A stretch of 64,000 bases of DNA, taken from IMG/VR virus record IMGVR_UViG_3300019360_000002, positions 19,536 through 83,535 of that record; one strand, 5' to 3'. Every line of letters begins with the position of its first letter. Position 1 is the stretch's first letter. Origin of the DNA: a virus. Under the pieces are notes generated by a model, which saw only the letters and a program-made list of their open reading frames with translations, made no database searches and was not told the origin of the DNA. Of the stretch, positions 56,802-64,000 are shown piece by piece. Position numbers and translations under genes: made by a program.

Positions 56802-57443
56802 CTCGTCGTCCTCCACTCACGGGTGTACCTGAGAGACTTGCGGCTTGCAACTCTTTTTTGCCTTGTTCTTGAAGATTCTGATGCGTGTGTGCCCCCTGGC
56901 CGTTTTGCCTTGTGCAAGGTTTCTTTCGCGACGTTTCTTGTGGTTAGTGCGGCTGTTTCGTGCCTTGGCGACGAGGTACGCCTCGTAGTCCATGGTGCCT
57001 ACCTGGCTCGAAAGCGTCCGACACTGAAAGCGTTTCCCTTCGGGGGCGCTGGCATCGAACCTGATGCCGAGATTCCCGCAGGAGGCGAAGATCATGTCCC
57101 CGACGGAGAACACCCTCAGGTCGTCGAGCGCGGCGGCCAGCACTACTTGCTCTCGACCTTGGTGGTGATGCGTGCGAGCATCCCCGCCGCTTCCTTGTGC
57201 TTGGGGACATCGGTCCAGCACCCGGCAGGCACAAGCCCACGCCACCTGGGCAGACCGGTGACCTTGCTCTTTGGGAGTTTTTGTCTCTTGCCCATGTCGT
57301 CCTCCAGTGATGGCCGAGCACCCCGCGCTGTCTGTCTTGAGCATCACCGCCCGAGAGTTGCTCCGAGTCGCTGTGCTCGGAGTGCGGCGATTCCACTTGC
57401 GGCGAAGAAGACAGACAGCGCGCGGCACTCGGCCGCCGTACCG

Positions 57444-58517
57444 CTACGCCGCCTTCTTGGTCACGTCGTAGGCGACGGACATCATGTCGAAGCGCTTGTC
57501 GGCGTCCGACTCCTTGCCGGCCAGCCAGGTGAGCGCGTTCGCCATGCGCCACATAGAGTTGCCCGGCGGCAGGTTCTCCACGTCGGCACCGTTATAGCAA
57601 TCGATCACCTCCTTGGCCTTGCCGGCGCCGAGCTGCTTCTTCAGGAATTCCTGCATCGACTTCGGCTCCACCTCCTTGTCGTGCGCCGCCTTGATGAGGT
57701 TCATGCGCTCCTGGATCTTGTGGGGCGAGAGGTACCCCTTGATGGCGTCGTGAACCATGCTCGCGCTCCGGTCGGTGTCGAGCTTGTAGGTCCTTGACGA
57801 CCAGATCTCCTCGTCCTCCAGGCGACCGCCCAGGTGGACCTGGCGAAGCGTCTCCTCGCCGGTCATGCCGTTCGCGCACTTGACGCGCAGGATGTACTCC
57901 TTGAGCGTGTGCGCGCCGTTGCCGAAGTCGGAGTTCTGCCACGAGTACCCCAGGCACATGAACTCGCCGGGGATCGGCTCGTAGATGGTGGGCAGGAGGA
58001 TCTGGATCGACACCCGGGTGTCGTTGAAGATGCCGTCCGTCGGCAAGGCGCCGACCGCCTGGCACGCCTTGGCGATGTTGTCCACGATGGGCCGCGAGTC
58101 GAGTCGGCGGAACTTGTTCGAGAGCAGCGCCCGCATCTCGCTCGCGTACGAGCGCGTGAGGTACTTGGTGGTCTTCTGGTGCGCGAACACCGTCCGCAGG
58201 TTGTGGGCGAGCAGCTCGTTGCCCCAGGCGTCATCCGGTTGGTTGCGAGTCGCCAGCTCCCTGGCGTACTCGCCGGGGATGCCGGCGCGCTCCATCACCT
58301 GGCCCCAGGCGTTTCGGTGGAGCCGCTCGCGCTCCACCGACTCCGGGACGCGGAAGAAGATGCCGCTCTCGTCGGCCTCGAAGTTCAGAGCGGTCGCCTT
58401 GACGATTCGGTCCTGGGGAACCTCGTTCTGGATCTTCTCCATCACCAAGATGGCGTTCTTGCGCCCCCTGTCGATGATGCGCTGCAACACTGCTTTCATT
58501 TCGGCCTTGGTGCTCAT
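57444..58517 (-). CDS. DUF932-like phage protein
   Basis: RALLSNKFRRLD...QNSDFGNGA...LRVKCANGM...RQVHLG; own promoter. Confidence 0.7.
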   Translation of the reverse strand: MSTKAEMKAVLQRIIDRGRKNAILVMEKIQNEVPQDRIVKATALNFEADESGIFFRVPESVERERLHRNAWGQVMERAGIPGEYARELATRNQPDDAWGNELLAHNLRTVFAHQKTTKYLTRSYASEMRALLSNKFRRLDSRPIVDNIAKACQAVGALPTDGIFNDTRVSIQILLPTIYEPIPGEFMCLGYSWQNSDFGNGAHTLKEYILRVKCANGMTGEETLRQVHLGGRLEDEEIWSSRTYKLDTDRSASMVHDAIKGYLSPHKIQERMNLIKAAHDKEVEPKSMQEFLKKQLGAGKAKEVIDCYNGADVENLPPGNSMWRMANALTWLAGKESDADKRFDMMSVAYDVTKKAA

Positions 58518-58551
58518 GTCGTCCTCCTGGTTGGTGCCTGATCCGTTGTTG

Positions 58552-58593
58552 ATACTACTTGCGAGTCACAAGCTAGGCAAGAAAAATTTGTTG
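58552..58593 (-). promoter_or_regulatory. Promoter carrying both motif classes
   Basis: TTGCCT-17-TAGTAT; TTGCGAGTCACAA in the spacer (58559-58571); CAAGAAAAATTTGTTG at 58578-58593. Confidence 0.65.
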
Positions 58594-58648
58594 GCCGCGT
58601 GTCGATCATCGCTTCGAGGTGGCACTGCCAAGGTAAATAATGTCGTGC

Positions 58649-59584
58649 TCATGTTGCCTCGCCGTACACCCAGTCAACGTCATCGCCGAACCGGTCCATC
58701 GCCCACTTCTCGATCCAGTCGGCGGCGATGCGCGCCATCGCGTGGTTGGCGGGCGTGTAGCCCGGGCGGATGGCGAGGAACCATCGCTCGGCGAGACGAT
58801 CTGGCCGCTTCGGCAGCCCGCTGAGATCGACGGTGGCGCAACCTCGCGCCTTCGACAGCGTGCCGACTAGGCAGGCGCACTCGCCGTCGTAGACGGAGCC
58901 GTCGACTTTTCCTTCGTGCAGCGCGGCGAGCAGGGCCGGCGCCTCGTCGGGCGCGAGGTCGAGCACCTGCCACAGATCCTCGCGGACGCCCTCCAGGTTC
59001 GCGCCCTCCAGGTTCGCGCCCTCCAGGTTCGCGCCCTCCAGGTTCGCGCCCTCCAGGTGCGCGCCCTCCAGGTTCGCGCCCTCCAGGTGCGCGCCCTCCA
59101 GGTTCGCGCCCTCCAGGTGCGCGCCCTCCAGGTTCGCGCCCCGCAGGTTCGCGCCCAGCAGGTCCGCGCCCCGCAGGTTCGCGCCCCACAGGTTCACGTC
59201 CTGCAGGTCCGCGCCCGACAGGTTCACGTCCTGCAGGTCCGCGCCCGACAGGTTCGCGCCCTCCAGGTTCGCGCCCTCCAGGTTCGCGCCCGACAGGTTC
59301 GCGCCCGACAGGTTCGCGCCCGACAGGTTCGCGTCCTGCAGGTCCGCGCCCGACAGGTCCGCGCCCGACAGGTCCGCGCCCGACAGGTTCGCGCCCGACA
59401 GGTCCGCGCCCGACAGGTTCGCGCCCCGCAGGTTCGCGCCCCACAGGTCCGCGCCCGACAGGTTCGCGCCCTTCCCGCGCGCTTTCTCGACGGCGCTGCG
59501 CAGCGGATTCGGGTCGTCGTCGGCGGCCTCGTAGGAGTAGAGGCACGCGTTGTCCCAGAGCCGGCGAATCTTAATCTTGGCCAT
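58649..59584 (-). CDS. Pentapeptide repeat protein
   Basis: About 32 A(N/D/H)L(S/E/R/W)G-type pentads encoded by a 15-bp tandem repeat; conserved C-terminal domain DGSVYDGECACLVGT. Confidence 0.92.
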   Translation of the reverse strand: MAKIKIRRLWDNACLYSYEAADDDPNPLRSAVEKARGKGANLSGADLWGANLRGANLSGADLSGANLSGADLSGADLSGADLQDANLSGANLSGANLSGANLEGANLEGANLSGADLQDVNLSGADLQDVNLWGANLRGADLLGANLRGANLEGAHLEGANLEGAHLEGANLEGAHLEGANLEGANLEGANLEGANLEGVREDLWQVLDLAPDEAPALLAALHEGKVDGSVYDGECACLVGTLSKARGCATVDLSGLPKRPDRLAERWFLAIRPGYTPANHAMARIAADWIEKWAMDRFGDDVDWVYGEAT

Positions 59585-59616
59585 GTTGTCCTCCTGGTTG
59601 GTGTTTGATCCGTTGC

Positions 59617-59823
59617 TTAGGGCGTGAAACACATCCACTGGGGCCGCGTGTCGATCATCGCTTCGAGGTGGCACTGGGCGGGCGCCTCGCACGTCCGCTT
59701 GGGCAGGCACAACGAGGCGTCCGCTTCGCATCCCGATAGGCAGCACGGAGCACCCGGCACGCCGCACACCTCGGCGTCGTCACCGCAGCCGATCAAGAAA
59801 ATGGCGAGGAACAAAAAACGCAT
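59617..59823 (-). CDS. Small Cys-rich lipoprotein
   Basis: Signal MRFLFLAIFLIG-C; several more Cys. Confidence 0.6.
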   Translation of the reverse strand: MRFLFLAIFLIGCGDDAEVCGVPGAPCCLSGCEADASLCLPKRTCEAPAQCHLEAMIDTRPQWMCFTP

Positions 59824-59827
59824 GAGA

Positions 59828-62800
59828 TTACTTCTTTCCGGGGCGCACTTGGCGCTCCCCGTTGAACTTTGTCTCGGGGGCGAATGAATCGCCTGCCTTT
59901 TTCTCGCACTTGTCGAGTGCTCGCTTGAGCGCCTCGTAGAGCGAGTTTCCCGAGCCCACGTAGTGGCCGAGGTCTTGACGGCTGTCGAGGGAGATCGTCC
60001 ACAGATTGCCGGTCGCAACTGCCGTCATCATGAGACCGTGCTTGGTGAGGAGCTTGTCGAGATCCTCGATGCGACTTTCGGGCGTGAGAAACATGTTCAC
60101 CCTCCCAGGCCAGGCATAGGGCCGCTGATCTCCATGTAGTGTACTGAACCGGTACGAGACAGGCCATCGCGAAGAAGCGCCACGGCGCGCGAGTCCCCCA
60201 CCACCGTGAGAACAGCCAGCTCGCCCGTGAGCACGAACGAGATGTCGATGGGCGACGGAAAGATCGAGCTTCCCATCAAGATGTCGAGGGTGTGGGTGTA
60301 GATGATGCGCGTCCCTTTTGCGACCAGACGAAGTGTCCCGGTCACGGCCGCACCTGGAAGGTCGTGGCCTTGGAGACCTCGGCCGAGACCTCCTTTTTGA
60401 GAGCCTCGGCCGCGTACTCGACCAGCTTGAGTAGCGGGTCCTCCAGGATGTCGGCCACGGTCTGCTCGTAGTCCTCCTGGGCTGTCTCGTCCATCTTGGC
60501 GTACTCGGACTCCTCCAGGTACACCGAGATCTCGACCTTGTACATGAGGCGCATCTAGCGGTGGCCTCCCTGTCCGCCACCACGACCCCGCCAGTACGAG
60601 GCGTGCATGGTGATCGAACGGCTCGTACCGGCCGCCCCGGCGCACTTGGCGCTCCGGCACCGGTAGGTGCGATAGGTGCAGCTATCGCACTCCTGCACGT
60701 CCATCTTGGACACGAGGAAGTAGTGCTTGCAGCACGCGCACCGTGCGTGTTTGGTCTGGCTCACGGGTCGTTACTCCTTTTTCAGGTTCGTAGAAATAAG
60801 TGGCTTCTCGGCAGCAACACTTCGCTCCAGTTGTGTCGCCAGCGACTCTTGCTCGGCGATCCAGCGAGCCAAAACCTCGGGGAGGGCGCGCACCACGTCG
60901 CGCAGCGTCAGGGCAGGGCAGGTGCGCCGACCGAACCCGTGCGCGTTGGAGGCGTAGTGATTGTTGCTTCCGCACCAATCGCGGTGCTCTTGCTCGCTTG
61001 GCGCGAGGAGCATACCGTCAATCGTCGTGCGGTTGGTCTCGACGCGGCGCGGATAGGCCCCGTTGCCCCACTGCGATACCTCGCAGTTGAGCTTGTCGCG
61101 GATTACGAGGACGTGGCCAGCGACCCTCAGCTCCGTACCGGCGGGTACTTCGCGCAGAGTCTCGCAGAGGTGATCTGCCAGCGCCTCTCGTGCGTCACGG
61201 ATGCGCCCGAGTGCCATCTTGATGGTTTCGCTCACAGTCTCGGTCGAGGTTTTCACTTTTGACATGTCACTTCCCCTCTTTCTTCTCGCCCTTGCAGTGC
61301 TTGATATGCTGATGCACGCCTTGTGGCCGGAAGAAGACTCGGCCGCACTTGTGGCACGACGCCTTGACCTCCCGGGTCTTCGGCGTCTTCTTCGCCTTCT
61401 TCTTCGGCTTGCGAGTCGCAAGCCCCGGGGAATTCAGGATGGTGTCGAGCGAAACCCCGGCTTGCGCCTCGAAGATTCCCGGACCGCGCATGATCGTAAG
61501 CTGCGAAACGGCCGCGATGATCACCGCGCCGCCGACCTTGTACATGTACGTTTTCATCATTTGCGTCCTCCAGGACTGCGAAAGTCTACCAGGCAACAAA
61601 AATTTGTCTAGCGCGAGTAGTTTTCGTACAGGCGCTCGGCGCTCGTATCCCCATAGACAGCCGGCTGGTCCTTGATCCAGTGCAAATGGCCAATGACCAC
61701 GCCGCGAACGCTCGTTGGAATCGACAAGCAGAACTCCTTGACCGAGTTGAAGTGGAAGTAACCCACTCCGTTTATAGTGTTACGAATCGCCTCGGCTGCC
61801 GCGCGCCACGTCGTCTTGGGCAAAACGACGTATTCGTACGGGCGATTGCCCTTGCGCGGCACCAGACGCAACTCGTGCCTGTCAAACAGGATCTCCGACA
61901 CATGAAGTACGGCGTCGTACCACTTGTGAAACAGTTCATCGCGAGCCTCGTCCTGAGCCTTGTTCTGCTCATCTTCGCCCTCGACGCCCCTAGCGGACTC
62001 CAAGTAGTAATCGACGTTATAGTCGTCAAGCTTATCCCATGAGATGAGCCTGAACATCTCGGCTAGCTCGTCGATGTTTATCTTGTGAGTCGCCATCTTC
62101 AGACCTCTCGCGTGACGCGATAGTTTCCCTCGTAGTCAGTGCTCCACTCGGCCACAAGACCTGAGACGAGGTTTTTGCCTCGAAGCGTTGTGCGCGTACC
62201 AACGGTTGCGACTGATTCTTTGAGGGAGTTCATGGTTGCCTCCTACGTGTGGATCGACCAGTCCGGCTTCTCATCCGACCCGTGATTGATGACGCCGCCG
62301 TTCATGCTTCGTATACCTTTCGGCGTGCGAATGTCGAAGTAGTAGCCGGCCGAATCACGGTGTAGGTTGACCACGGCCGACTCCCACACGTTGAACGTGG
62401 TGTTGCGTGCGATACGCTTGAGCTGGTCCAGCTTGTCACGGAGCCCTTGGTCGGTAGCGGCTCGCGTGAGCGCGTCGGTGCCGTGCGGGTCTACGTTCAC
62501 GCAACCCTTGGCTTGTCCGTAGCGTTCGAGTAGGCGCCGCCACGTCCGCTTGGGGATCTCGACCTCGTGCTCCGTCCCCTTGGGGGCACGATCCAAGTGC
62601 TTGAAGTGCCACCTTGCGAGTCGCAAGATGATCTTCTGTACCTGATACGGCATCGAGACAACCCGGAAAGGGATGTCGGCGCGTCCCGTCGTGGCTTGGG
62701 GCATCTCCCAGTCGAAGAAGGTCCACTGTTCGCCGTCGTGCTTGCACAGGTGGTAGCCGTCTACCGACATCGCTTGCTTGCCCGCGACCACGTGTTTGAA

Positions 62801-63989
62801 CTCGGCGCGCGTCCAGTAGAAGTACACCGACGCCATCGGCACTGGCGGACGCGGGTCATCGCGGGGGAGGTTGTACTCTGGGGTGTGCGCCCGCAGGATC
62901 ACGTAGTCGGCGCCATCCGCCTTGCGGAAGGTGAAAATGACGGTCTCGAAGTCGAGCACGACTACACGAGCCCCGCGCGACGAAGAAGGTCAAGCGCCTT
63001 CGCAGCACTTGCCGGACGCTCCAGCGCCAGCTGGTCTTCGCGAGGCGCGTCTTTGATCGCGTCTCCACAAGCGTTGCTGATAGCCCACCAACGCCTGGCG
63101 GCGATCTTGGTGCCGTCTGCCCACGACGGTGGAGGACCCATCGCTGCGTACGCCACGCATGTGTTACGGTTGTGATAGTCGAGGACTTCGGCTTCTGCAT
63201 CCGATAGCACCCGCGACAGCTCTTCGTCGGTTAGCTTCGTCTCCATCGTCACGCCTCCTTGTAGAGCCGCTTCGCGTTGAACTGATCGCGCGTGCCCAGG
63301 TTCCACTTTTGGATCGTGCGCCCGTAGTTGTTCACGCCCAGCTCGTAGTCGTACTCGGTGCGCCGACCCCAGTCGGCCTTGCGCATGTACATCGTGCCAA
63401 CCGTCTCCATCGGGCGAGTGAACACGTCTGCGGACACGTGCAGCTTGTCGAGCACGTCGTTCACCACGTTGTGGAACGCCACCCAGTCGTCCCACTCCAA
63501 AAAACGCGTCGTGCGCTTCTTGCGCCCGTTCAGTTCGCACGGGCCGGGGTGCTGGCCGCAGTACGGCTTGGGCGTGACGAGGCGCACCGAACGCACCTCA
63601 ATGAGCTTGCCGCAGTTGGTCAAGTCGCAAGTGAAGCGACCGTCCTTGCGAATCGCAAGCGCAAGCGCATCGAAGACGCACTCACACAGCGAGCCGATCG
63701 CCGCGTGCGGCGCAGGTTTGATGGTGTAGGGCATGGGCTACTCCTTTTTCTCCCGAGGCAGACCGATGGCGTCCCACACCGCGTCGGGAATGAACGCGAC
63801 GCGTTTGTGACAAACATCCTCTACTGTTTCGCCCGCGTTGAGCATTCGACGCACCGCCTCTTCTCTGAGAACGCACCACCCTCCGGTGCGGTAAGGGTTC
63901 TCGGAGGGGGTTTCGTCCTTGACGGAGATGAAGATGATGCCTGCTTCCATGTGCGCAGCGCACTCGTCGCACGGCTTCTTGTCGAACAC
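59828..63989 (-). other. Cluster of about 11 small leftward hypothetical early genes
   Basis: Tightly packed minus-strand ORFs (e.g. 60342-60554, 60555-60764, 61608-62096, 62243-62959, 63249-63734, 63738-63989); operator CAACAAAAATTTGTCT at 61594-61609. Confidence 0.65.
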
Positions 63990-64000
63990 AGCCGCGCGAG

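Larger units (their letters stand above)
8333..63658. repeat. Dispersed 13-bp palindrome TTGCG-N3-CGCAA (at least 20 exact copies)
   Basis: Exact copies start at 8333, 9547, 11652, 14516, 18448, 21612, 25009, 26836, 28964, 35581, 37153, 38013, 39160, 42018, 46986, 54675, 56475, 61409, 62614, 63646. Confidence 0.93.
1..64000. mobile_element. Bacterial virus genome fragment (possibly temperate; possibly tailless with an internal membrane)
   Basis: Dense overlapping short ORFs, viral replication operon, endolysins, tyrosine recombinase, HNH nucleases, anti-defence gene; no cellular housekeeping genes. Confidence 0.93.

Noticed and set aside
58985-59470. 15-bp tandem repeat as a second CRISPR array or DGR
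   Set aside because: There are no spacers; it encodes pentapeptide repeats, and no reverse transcriptase is present
1-64000. tRNA, rRNA or tracrRNA genes
   Set aside because: No cloverleaf, rRNA-like sequence or anti-repeat was recognised by eye; tRNAscan and Infernal were not run

Overview
This is a GC-rich, gene-dense virus genome fragment with no rRNA, tRNA or host housekeeping genes. The host is probably a high-GC bacterium; a Cys-rich lipoprotein weakly suggests Myxococcota. Layout: virion-like genes at 1-8.9 kb (small C-terminally anchored membrane proteins, three paralogous spike-like proteins); small early or accessory ORFs at 9-26 kb (dcd, HNH nucleases, tyrosine recombinase, Tad2/DUF2829); nucleotide metabolism at 26.8-31.5 kb (MTase, WYL, thyX, Nudix, NDT-like, tmk, TSCPD); an AT-rich origin-like gap, then a replication operon at 32-42.5 kb (primase-helicase, Cas4-like exonuclease, SNF2 helicase, SSB-like, PolA, RuvC-like resolvase); a Cro-like regulator; lysis and membrane-anchored hydrolases at 44-51.5 kb; and leftward early genes including ParB-like, DUF932-like and pentapeptide-repeat proteins. 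No terminase, portal, HK97 capsid or tail genes are visible, and several features suggest a large tailless, internal-membrane virus. Four main observations: (1) a virus-encoded compact type V effector resembling Cas12m (V-U1) but with an intact D-E-D RuvC triad, whose stop codon lies inside the first repeat of a leaderless 8(+1)-repeat CRISPR array, with no cas1/cas2 in the window; (2) a 13-bp palindrome TTGCG-N3-CGCAA with at least 20 exact copies across the window, one directly upstream of the ParB-like gene; (3) a candidate ~94-nt sRNA with its own promoter and terminator that exposes the complement of the virus's extended ribosome-binding motif; (4) a 16-bp AT-rich operator at seven promoters. 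All family assignments come from motif recognition by eye, not from database searches.
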